DNA of 64,000 nt from assembly GCA_031082315.1 (NCBI GenBank), contig JAVHLC010000011.1:35117-99116 (forward strand), read 5' to 3'. The notes below the pieces were generated by a model that was not told the DNA's origin, ran no database searches, and worked only from the letters and a program-made list of their open reading frames with translations. Positions 56,546-64,000 of the stretch are shown here, piece after piece; positions within the stretch are counted from its first letter, which is position 1; each line of letters begins with the position of its first letter. Source of the stretch: Thermodesulfobacteriota bacterium (GTDB lineage: Bacteria > Desulfobacterota > QYQD01). The position numbers and the translations under genes are program-made.

Positions 56546-56692
56546 GTTTTCATCCGGAAAACCAAGTTTTCCGGATGGAGCAGTCAGCACTCAGCTATCA
56601 GCATTCAGCTTAACATAATGTTTGTCCTACTCTTTTGCTGACAGCTGATGGCTGAAAGCGTGAAGCCGGAAACAGTAGTTTCCGGATGAAAA
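56546..56692. repeat. Repeat family R3 copy
   Basis: GTTTTCATCCGGAAAACC...CAGCACTCAGCTATCAGCATTCAGC...GCTGACAGCTGATGGCTGAAAGCG...CCGGAAACAGTAGTTTCCGGATGAAAAC. Confidence 0.8.
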
Positions 56693-56727
56693 CTGGATTG
56701 ATTTTTAGCAGGGCAGGACGGGACGAA

Positions 56728-58509
56728 ATGGCTGGTTATTGGAAGAAGCTTCTTAGGATAAATCTTACCAGTGGGAAAACCGAGACAGAAGAGATACCTG
56801 AGGAGATTATCACCAAATACCTTGGCGCCAAGGGTATCGGAGCCTACTACTTTATAAAAGGCCTTAAAAAGGGCATCGACCCCCTTTCTCCTGAAAACAG
56901 GATTGTCCTGGCTACAGGGCCTTTTCAGGGTACGGAAATTCTATCCAGTGGCCGTTTCGCGGTTATTACCAAGTCTCCCCTTACCGGCATATTTCTGGAT
57001 AGCTATAGCGGGGGGCTGTTTGGCCCCGGTCTCAAATACTGCGGTTTTGATCTGGCGATTATCGAAGGCAAAACAAAAAAGCCTGTATATATCTGCATAA
57101 CCAATGGGCGGGCCCAGATAAAGGATGCTGCGCATCTATGGGGAAGGACCACGGCTGAAACAGAAAAGATCATAAGGTCAGCGGAAGGCGAGGATACGAA
57201 GGTAGTTTCCATAGGCGTGGCCGGAGAAAACGGGGCGCTTTTCTCCTGTCTGATCAGTGACAGGCGCCGCGCCGCGGGCCGGGGGGGAGCAGGGGCGGTC
57301 TTTGGGGCGAAGAACCTTAAGGCCGTAGCGGTAAACGGTACGCTGGCTATCCCGGTTCATGATGCTAAAAAGATAAAGGAATTAAATCGAAGGGCTGTGC
57401 AGGCCGTGGCACAGAGGCGTAAAGATAACGCCGGCCTTTATCTTTACGGTACCTCATCAGTATTGGAATATTCCCACAGGAAAGACCGCTTACCGGTCCT
57501 CAATTTTCAAAAAGGTGAGTGGGAATACTATGAGGGACTGGATGGGGAGACCATCCATCGGGAGAATAAGGTTAAATTCAACCCCTGTTGTCCCTGTCCG
57601 ATTGCCTGTGGCGGTATTCTTACCTCTCAAGGTAAAGACCGGCCGGAGTATGAGACCCTGGCCATGCTGGGGGCAAACTGCGGCCTGAAAAGATATGAGA
57701 CCGTGATTAAGGCCAATGAGCTATGTGATCTTTACGGCCTGGATACGATTTCGACCGGCAATGTCATCGCCTTTGCCATGGAATGTTCGGAAAAAGGGAT
57801 AATAAAAGAAAAGATCAAGTTCGGCGATGAAACGAGGCTTTTGTCGTTGATTGAGGAGATTGCTTATCGCAGGGGCATAGGCGGGCAGTTGGGCTTGGGC
57901 GCCAAAAGATTAGCCGGGATGTGGGGACACGGTTCTCGTGATTTTGCCATGCATGTGAAAGGTCTTGAGATGCCGGCCTGGAATACACGGGGACAGTTAG
58001 GCCAGGGGCTGGCCTATATGACCGCTGATATCGGGGCCAGCCACTTACGCGATGGCCTTGCGGAGCATAGTCCACCTAATAAACCGGCCATGGAGGTTGT
58101 CAAGGAGCTGGTGGAGGCCCAAAACGAGACTACCGCCAGAGATAACTACATAATATGTGCTTTTGCCCTGTACACTGTCTCACACGAGATGTGCCTTGAT
58201 TATTTTAAGGCGGCAACGGGTTTGGGATTAAATAAAGAGAAGATTCAGGAGATAGGCAATCGGATATTCACCCTTATTCGAAGCGTTAATTGCGGGGAGG
58301 GGATAACGCGCAAGGACGATAGCCTCCCGGCCAGGGCCATGAATGAACCCCTGCCTTCTGGAGTGGCCAAAGGCTGTAAGGCGTTTGTTAGTGAGGAAGA
58401 TAAAGAGCAGTGTCTGAATAGATACTATGAACTGCGCGACTGGGACAATAATGGTATTCCCAAAAAGGAGACACTTGAGAAATTAGGGATAGAGAGACTG
58501 ACCCGGTGA
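56728..58509 (+). CDS. aor: Aldehyde:ferredoxin oxidoreductase family (tungstopterin) enzyme
   Basis: AOR N-terminal and central domains with a Cys cluster region (CCPCPIACGG). Start set at MAGYWKKLLRINLT because the tracked ATG lies inside repeat R3. Confidence 0.8.
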   Translation: MAGYWKKLLRINLTSGKTETEEIPEEIITKYLGAKGIGAYYFIKGLKKGIDPLSPENRIVLATGPFQGTEILSSGRFAVITKSPLTGIFLDSYSGGLFGPGLKYCGFDLAIIEGKTKKPVYICITNGRAQIKDAAHLWGRTTAETEKIIRSAEGEDTKVVSIGVAGENGALFSCLISDRRRAAGRGGAGAVFGAKNLKAVAVNGTLAIPVHDAKKIKELNRRAVQAVAQRRKDNAGLYLYGTSSVLEYSHRKDRLPVLNFQKGEWEYYEGLDGETIHRENKVKFNPCCPCPIACGGILTSQGKDRPEYETLAMLGANCGLKRYETVIKANELCDLYGLDTISTGNVIAFAMECSEKGIIKEKIKFGDETRLLSLIEEIAYRRGIGGQLGLGAKRLAGMWGHGSRDFAMHVKGLEMPAWNTRGQLGQGLAYMTADIGASHLRDGLAEHSPPNKPAMEVVKELVEAQNETTARDNYIICAFALYTVSHEMCLDYFKAATGLGLNKEKIQEIGNRIFTLIRSVNCGEGITRKDDSLPARAMNEPLPSGVAKGCKAFVSEEDKEQCLNRYYELRDWDNNGIPKKETLEKLGIERLTR

Positions 58510-58511
58510 GA

Positions 58512-59252
58512 TCACGATATTTTTTTAAAGAACTTTTTTCGCCTGATTCCTGCCAGACCAACCAAACCGGAGCCGACGAGAAGCATCGTAGCGGGTTCAG
58601 GAACCGGAGGATTTCCACCACCTGTATCTCCATCTCCGATCCAGCCACTTCCATCAGTGTCTATGCCTGGGGAATTTGGATCATCAATGCCCTGGACATG
58701 GGCTGCTGATCTATAGCTACCGTTGCCGCCTCCTGGAGCACTATAAAAATTGAAGGATGAAGCGGTAAGTCCTGGGATACCTGAAATTACGTAAACCGAA
58801 TAATCATCCTCACCGAATCGAGTAGATACGCTTGCTGTATCAAAAGAGAATTTGATATCAAAATACCCGTCTCCATCTGCCTTAAAGGCGTTACTTCCGG
58901 TCAAAAACGAGGTTGCCTGGACGCTAGAGTAATATGTATCGTAAGTAAAGGTTAAGGAAGTGACAGCAAGATTGGGATCTAGATTGAGATACCAATCACT
59001 TACAAATTCTGATCCAGTCAGATTCGTAGCCTCCATCTTCAATACAACCGTACCATCAGTGTTATCTATAAAAGTCGCAGTGAGCCATGGAGTGAATGGG
59101 GAAGAAGGAGCCTGTGCGCCGGAGAACTCGGTATCAAGTCCAATCGTCAATGGCAGCGCCAGGACAGGTATCGGAGATAAAGCTAAACTCACCAGCGCAA
59201 CGGGAACCATCCATACGAATATAAAAAAACTTTTTAAAGTTTTCATCCTCAT
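58512..59252 (-). CDS. PEP-CTERM sorting-domain protein
   Basis: Signal peptide. C-terminal VPEPATMLLVGSGLVGLAGIRRKK. Confidence 0.75.
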   Translation of the reverse strand: MRMKTLKSFFIFVWMVPVALVSLALSPIPVLALPLTIGLDTEFSGAQAPSSPFTPWLTATFIDNTDGTVVLKMEATNLTGSEFVSDWYLNLDPNLAVTSLTFTYDTYYSSVQATSFLTGSNAFKADGDGYFDIKFSFDTASVSTRFGEDDYSVYVISGIPGLTASSFNFYSAPGGGNGSYRSAAHVQGIDDPNSPGIDTDGSGWIGDGDTGGGNPPVPEPATMLLVGSGLVGLAGIRRKKFFKKIS

Positions 59253-59299
59253 TTCTCTCCGTCAATATAAGCCCTTTATGATAGCTTATTCCAAGAAAA

Positions 59300-59314
59300 G
59301 CAAATCTTATGCCA
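59300..59314 (-). promoter_or_regulatory. Sigma-54 (-24/-12) promoter candidate
   Basis: Minus strand reads TGGCAT-AAGAT-TTGCT, with correct GG/GC spacing. It ends 48 nt upstream of the ATG at 59252. Confidence 0.6.
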
Positions 59315-59461
59315 TAGTTTTAACTTATTGTTTTTATAACATATGCTTAAATGAGTCTTTATAAAAAGTGGAAAAAGTTTACCACTTAAGGAGAAAAGTT
59401 TTTCTTCTTTTAGTAATTTATTTTCACCTTGTTTATGTACTGTGAGGTTTAACTTAGTAAA

Positions 59462-60280
59462 TTAGGAGCGATGAGTTGTCCATTTTCTTATTACGAGGCC
59501 AATCAAGCCGCTGGCTAAGAGAAGTATGGCTGAAGGCTCGGGGATCGTTACATCTGGAGGATCGAGAGGTTGGATAAACGTGGCGTATCCCACTCCCCAC
59601 GGGTTACCAAGTTCAAGAAATGGTTTCCATACAAGGGTTTCATCTTCGTTCCAGGTAGTATACAGTCCATAGCAAAAATTATCCGGGTCGTATCCCAATA
59701 CCGGTACGAAGTGGTCCGTACCCCCGTTGCCGTCAGTATCGACCAGGAACATCAGAGGCCGTCCGGCATCGATTTCAGCAATCAAACTGTCCCATGTGGA
59801 ATTGCTATTATATGGCTCGTACCAGGCATCAAAAGTATATCCACGATAGTCGGCGAATCCGGTAAAAGCGTCGTCAGCGAAAGACTGGTAACTCCAACCG
59901 TAGCCAAGAGGATCTTCCGAGGTATGAAAGAAGTCAGCGACACTGGTGTCGGGCGGTTCAGGTAAATCGGAATTATCCGGCGTCGGATCATACTTTTCAT
60001 TGTGTGCCGGACTGGAAATATGGTCTTGGACATTCGCGGTTAGACAGACGCTATCCCATCCGCTGGCATCAAATAAATTGTCATAGCCGTGGAGGTCCCA
60101 GTAGCCGATAACAGAGGCGGCGGCAGTAGGCCCACAGCCGTGGTACCAATTGTAGGCCGGGACATTTGAGAGAGTCACCGGTAAGGCAGCAGCAGGAGGT
60201 ATATTCATCAGCCATAATGCCGCTGTTTCTACCAGAAAGAAGCTTATCGTTATAAGTAAAAACTTACGAATGAATAACAT
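59462..60280 (-). CDS. PEP-CTERM protein with C39-like/papain-like cysteine peptidase domain
   Basis: NWYHGCGPTAAASVIGYWD motif. C-terminal IPEPSAILLLASGLIGLVIRKW. Confidence 0.65.
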   Translation of the reverse strand: MLFIRKFLLITISFFLVETAALWLMNIPPAAALPVTLSNVPAYNWYHGCGPTAAASVIGYWDLHGYDNLFDASGWDSVCLTANVQDHISSPAHNEKYDPTPDNSDLPEPPDTSVADFFHTSEDPLGYGWSYQSFADDAFTGFADYRGYTFDAWYEPYNSNSTWDSLIAEIDAGRPLMFLVDTDGNGGTDHFVPVLGYDPDNFCYGLYTTWNEDETLVWKPFLELGNPWGVGYATFIQPLDPPDVTIPEPSAILLLASGLIGLVIRKWTTHRS

Positions 60281-60530
60281 CCTTCCCTCCCTGGATTGGA
60301 TACCTCTATTATATCGGTTTAGACGAGAAGTTTGTTAATAAAGGAGGTATCCCTTCCTGTGACGATTGGGATATCTTATAGCACAGTGGGTTTGTGGATG
60401 CAAGAATTGATCGACGGCATCATAAGGGTTTGAAAGATGCGATGGAAGATATGTGACTAGGCCCGCGGCTGAGATGAAAAAACCTTACTTAGAACCACAG
60501 GATAGCAGCGTCAAATATTATATTGGCCCC

Positions 60531-61292
60531 CTATTTCTTTTTAGAAAATTTTTTTCTGCCGAAAGCGGCCAAGCCTATCAGCCCGGAGCCCAAAAGGGCC
60601 ATGGTAGCCGGTTCAGGAACCGGAGTGCCACCTCCCGTAAACCTTTCATAGACTACATCGTTGGAACAATTCACGGTCCAGCTGATAATGAAGTCATCTG
60701 AACCAAGGTATATTGGGTAATCTGAGAAGTCAAAAAAAGAGGTGACTTCAGTGCCTGTTGCCCCGGGGATTTGCCAACCTGAAAAATGGGTGGTTTGTGC
60801 AGTAGTGGAGGTGCCTACATTAATCGCAATTGGGTGACTGTCCCTGATATAGTAACCAGACCAAGTACCTGTATTGTCATTACCCGAAAGTATATAGGAT
60901 GAGTCATTATTACCCTTTATCGAGGAAAGATTAATAGAGAAAAGACCGTAATCGCCTGCTGTTTTTTGCCCATTTGTCTTCACCAGATAGTTCCAGGTAT
61001 TATCCGCTCCAATATCAATAAAAAGGTCACTCGGTTTCAACACATTCCAAATACTCAGATAATTATCTGCCTTATAATTAAAGCAAATGTTTTCAAGATA
61101 ACCATTACTTGATATAGATACCTTACCTCCGGTAAAACTTGGTATTCCAATGGTGTCCTTATAGTCATCAGCCGTTCCATTGTTCCATGTAGGCCAATAG
61201 TAAGAAGTATCGCTAAAGGGAATCTCTATCGCAACAGCCTGTGACGAGACAAAAATAATCAATAAAACAAGCAAAGCCAACCGCTTTTTCAT
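60531..61292 (-). CDS. PEP-CTERM sorting-domain protein
   Basis: Start at MKKRLALLVLL with RBS AGGAGA. C-terminal VPEPATMALLGSGLIGLAAFGRKK. Confidence 0.75.
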   Translation of the reverse strand: MKKRLALLVLLIIFVSSQAVAIEIPFSDTSYYWPTWNNGTADDYKDTIGIPSFTGGKVSISSNGYLENICFNYKADNYLSIWNVLKPSDLFIDIGADNTWNYLVKTNGQKTAGDYGLFSINLSSIKGNNDSSYILSGNDNTGTWSGYYIRDSHPIAINVGTSTTAQTTHFSGWQIPGATGTEVTSFFDFSDYPIYLGSDDFIISWTVNCSNDVVYERFTGGGTPVPEPATMALLGSGLIGLAAFGRKKFSKKK

Positions 61293-61378
61293 ACTGTTCT
61301 CCTGAGATGTAATGCAATGCCCACATGCCATATGGCAAGGGTAATTGTTACTAGCACTTTTTGCTCAAACAAAAAATA

Positions 61379-61393
61379 GCAACTTTTATGCCA
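61379..61393 (-). promoter_or_regulatory. Sigma-54 (-24/-12) promoter candidate
   Basis: Minus strand reads TGGCAT-AAAAG-TTGCT, about 87 nt upstream of the ATG at 61292. An 11-bp perfect IR (GTGGAAATGAA-N17-TTCATTTCCAC) lies further upstream at 61491-61529. Confidence 0.55.
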
Positions 61394-61588
61394 ACGTATT
61401 TAAAATGACCCCGGAATATAATAAATATAATGTTGTCAATTAGTTATAATAAATGGGAAAATCTGGTACAGGCCGTCAATCAATTAAGAAGTGGAAATGA
61501 AATACCAATTGTGAGAACTTCATTTCCACTGTGTGTAAAACTTTTCACATTTTTACAGGTATTGACCCAAAATTAGGAAAAAGGGGGT

Positions 61589-62173
61589 TCAATTTTCTAC
61601 AATTACATAGGGTGCTATTTCTTTTAGTTTCTTTTCCCCGATCCCCTCGACATTCATAAGATCAGCAATGTCTTTGTACGGTCCATTTTGTTCGCGGAAG
61701 ATAATGATGCGCCGGGCAAGTTGCGGCCCGATGCCGGGGATTAGTTCCAGATTCTGTTCCGTGGCCGTGTTTAAAGGCATTGATATGTCCAGGAGAAGGC
61801 GTTCGGGATTGGTCATGGGGATAATTTTAATCTCATTTGTCCCCTCCGGTTTAGGGGTAACCAGAAGCTTTGTACCGGTAGGCACTTTCTGTGACAGGAG
61901 GACAGGGGAGTGCGAGGGATTTCGTTTCAACCCGCCGGCCCTTTCAATTACTTCTTTGACTGATGGTTGTAAGTAGAAAGTGTAGAGGCCGGGGGATCGT
62001 ACTCCACCCATGACTCGGACGTATTTTAGACCCTGGGTGGGAAATGACTCTGTAGGTGAGGCTGACCCGGGAGTTCTGCCATAAGAGAGGTAAAGACAGA
62101 CACCGAGCAGGACGACGGCTAGTAAGAGGACGGCCTGTTGCTCGTATCTGGTCATGATTATTGGGGGTTTCAT
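61589..62173 (-). CDS. comEA: ComEA-like DNA-binding protein (SLBB plus tandem helix-hairpin-helix)
   Basis: N-terminal TM helix. C-terminal LELIPGIGPQLARRII...VEGIGEKKLKEI. Confidence 0.8.
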   Translation of the reverse strand: MKPPIIMTRYEQQAVLLLAVVLLGVCLYLSYGRTPGSASPTESFPTQGLKYVRVMGGVRSPGLYTFYLQPSVKEVIERAGGLKRNPSHSPVLLSQKVPTGTKLLVTPKPEGTNEIKIIPMTNPERLLLDISMPLNTATEQNLELIPGIGPQLARRIIIFREQNGPYKDIADLMNVEGIGEKKLKEIAPYVIVEN

Positions 62174-62180
62174 TATATGG

Positions 62181-62300
62181 CGGTCAGCTATCAGCGCTCA
62201 GCGTTCAGCTTAAGATGCTGGTTGTCTTGATTTTTTGCTGAGAGCTGACGGCTGATGGCTGAAAGCGTGAATCCGGAAACGGTAGTTTCCGGATGAACAC
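62181..62300. repeat. Repeat family R3 copy (lacks left outer arm)
   Basis: GGTCAGCTATCAGCGCTCAGCGTTCAGC...GCTGAGAGCTGACGGCTGATGGCTGAAAGCG...CCGGAAACGGTAGTTTCCGGATGAACAC. Confidence 0.8.
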
Positions 62301-62303
62301 TAA

Positions 62304-63893
62304 TTAATTTAACCCCTTTTTCTTTTTGCTGTCTTTAAGGAGCTTATAATTAATGCCATCCACGAGGGCCTGCCAACTGGCCTCGATGATGTCTGTGGAA
62401 ACGCCCACCGTGCCCCAGGTATCTTCCCTGTCGCTGCTTTCGATAAGCACTCTCACCCGGGCGCCGGTGCCGGTCTTATCAGGGATGACGCGTACCTTAT
62501 AGTCATCGAGGTGAATTTCCTTGAGTTCCGGATAAAACTTTTCCAGGGCCTTACGGATGGCATTGTCCAGGGCGTTTACCGGCCCATTGCCGATGGCGGC
62601 CGTATGCTCGACCTTCCCGCCGACTCCAAGCATGATGGTTGCTTCCGCCTGCGCCTCATCGTCTTCTTTTGATTTCTGGTCAATGACTCGGAACCCAAGA
62701 AGATCGAAATATTTTTTCTGCGTACCGAGGGCCCTTTGCATCAAGAGTTCAAAGGAGGCCTCGGCTCCTTCAAACTGATATCCCTGATTTTCCAGTTCCT
62801 TGAGTTGCTTCAATATCTCCAGTACAACCGGATCACGACTTTCGAGGTCCAGGCCGTACCGCATAGCCTTATGGAGGATATTGCTCTTTCCGGAGAGGTC
62901 GGATATAAGTATCCGCTGTATATTTCCCACCTTTTCCGGACGGATGTGTTCATAGGTCTCCGGATTTCTCTGCACGGCGCTTACGTGGATGCCTCCCTTG
63001 TGAGCAAAGGCGCTGGCCCCTACATAGGGTTGATATTTGTTGTGGGGCAGGTTGGCAATTTCCGTTATAAACCGCGATATCTCACTGAGCCTGGTGAGCT
63101 GCTCATCTGTGATGCATGGTATCTTCATTTTCAGCATCAGGGTGGGAACGATCGTACACAGGTTGGCGTTCCCGCAGCGTTCACCATAGCCGTTCATCGT
63201 CCCCTGTACCTGAGAAGCCCCCAGCTCCGCGGCAACCAGGGAATTAGCCACCGCCAATCCGCTATCGTTGTGGGTATGAATGCCAAAGGAGACATTTTTA
63301 AATTCTTTTTTTACTTTATTAATGATCTTGGCCACTTCCTGGGGCAGCGTCCCGCCATTGGTATCACAGAGGACAAGGCAGTCCACACCGGCAGAGACGG
63401 CCTGCCTCAGCGTGGCCAGGGCATAATCCGGCTGGGCCTTAAATCCGTCAAAGAAATGTTCGGCATCGTAAAAAAGCTTCTTCACATGGGGACGGAGATA
63501 AGCCACGGAGTCACGGATTATCTCCAGGTTGCGCTCCAGGCTGATACGGAGGGCATCACGGACGTGGACATCCCAGGTCTTGCCAAAGATAGTAATAACC
63601 TCTGTCTGTGCCTCTACAAGGGCGCGCAGGTTAACATCTTGTTCCGGTGTGTTACGCGGATTATGGGTGCTGCCAAAGGCCGTAATCCTGGCCGAGGAAA
63701 GGGCGTAATTTCTTATTTCCTTAAAGAACTGTACGTCCTTGGGGTTTGACCCGGGCCACCCACCCTCGATATAGTGGATACCTAATTCATCGAGCTTTAG
63801 AGAAATCCGTACCTTGTCTTCGACCGAAACGTTAAAATCTTCGGCCTGGGTGCCGTCTCTTAATGTAGTATCATAGATTTCCATACGTCGCAT
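62304..63893 (-). CDS. cimA: Citramalate synthase (2-isopropylmalate synthase family)
   Basis: [17 protein letters not shown]...[13 protein letters not shown]-terminus, typical of the CimA clade. C-terminal LeuA-dimer domain. 529 aa. Confidence 0.75.
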   Translation of the reverse strand: MRRMEIYDTTLRDGTQAEDFNVSVEDKVRISLKLDELGIHYIEGGWPGSNPKDVQFFKEIRNYALSSARITAFGSTHNPRNTPEQDVNLRALVEAQTEVITIFGKTWDVHVRDALRISLERNLEIIRDSVAYLRPHVKKLFYDAEHFFDGFKAQPDYALATLRQAVSAGVDCLVLCDTNGGTLPQEVAKIINKVKKEFKNVSFGIHTHNDSGLAVANSLVAAELGASQVQGTMNGYGERCGNANLCTIVPTLMLKMKIPCITDEQLTRLSEISRFITEIANLPHNKYQPYVGASAFAHKGGIHVSAVQRNPETYEHIRPEKVGNIQRILISDLSGKSNILHKAMRYGLDLESRDPVVLEILKQLKELENQGYQFEGAEASFELLMQRALGTQKKYFDLLGFRVIDQKSKEDDEAQAEATIMLGVGGKVEHTAAIGNGPVNALDNAIRKALEKFYPELKEIHLDDYKVRVIPDKTGTGARVRVLIESSDREDTWGTVGVSTDIIEASWQALVDGINYKLLKDSKKKKGLN

Positions 63894-64000
63894 TCTTGAT
63901 ACCTCTTAAAAATTCGAATTTCGAAATTCGAATCAGTTTAGCTGGTTGAAAAAGTATTCTTAAATCCCTCCCAACCTCCCTTTTTCAAAGGGAGGAGAAA

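Noticed and set aside
1-64000. tRNA, rRNA, tmRNA and RNase P genes, and an integron integrase or other tyrosine recombinase.
   Set aside because: No cloverleaf-like or rRNA-like sequence was seen in the intergenic regions. None of the ORFs shows the R..HxxR..Y recombinase pattern. A tRNAscan/Infernal/HMM run is still needed to exclude them formally.

Overview
64-kb chromosomal window, about 50% GC. Gene content points to an anaerobic Desulfobacterota-like (deltaproteobacterial) organism; that assignment is inference only.

Core genes:
- HdrA-MvhD-MetV-MetF module, followed by a fused HdrC/HdrB-like Fe-S protein that needs an in-frame UGA (selenocysteine) to be read as one protein
- glgA, metG, PSP1, holB, a yhaM-like gene, and fused purSL
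- glnS, catalase, a SPFH/zinc-ribbon pair, a BASS transporter, holA and a MoaB/Mog protein
- an EF-G paralogue, two PilT-type ATPases, and a divergent Opp/Dpp-type ABC transporter
- a 988-aa TPR protein, a tungsten-type AOR, three PEP-CTERM proteins (two with sigma-54 promoters), comEA and cimA

No rRNA, tRNA or CRISPR array was found.

Main finding: two accessory islands (about 24.6-29.5 kb and 45.3-47.0 kb) have the architecture of integron gene-cassette arrays.
- Plus-strand ORFs are separated by imperfect palindromes bounded by RYYYAAC...GTTRRRY.
- In four cassettes the first heptamer is the exact reverse complement of the inverse-core site at that cassette's own 3' end.
- No integrase is present in the window.
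- Both arrays begin with the same ~145-bp AT-rich leader. It carries sigma-70-like promoters and ends exactly at G|TT.
- Two attC-like sites in array 1 each carry an antisense, ORF-less, group II (class C-like) intron-like RNA of about 0.5 kb.
- Cassette cargo looks defence-like: a trypsin-like protease plus a putative RNase-H-fold protein, a HEPN-motif protein, a deoxyribosyltransferase/TIR-like protein and a PD-(D/E)xK nuclease.

A third low-GC patch (18-21.4 kb) holds a Tag/EndoIII-hybrid glycosylase, a RAYT-type transposase flanked by inverted repeats, and two toxin-antitoxin loci.

The window is also rich in intergenic repeat families. Some of them create spurious start codons or altered C-termini.
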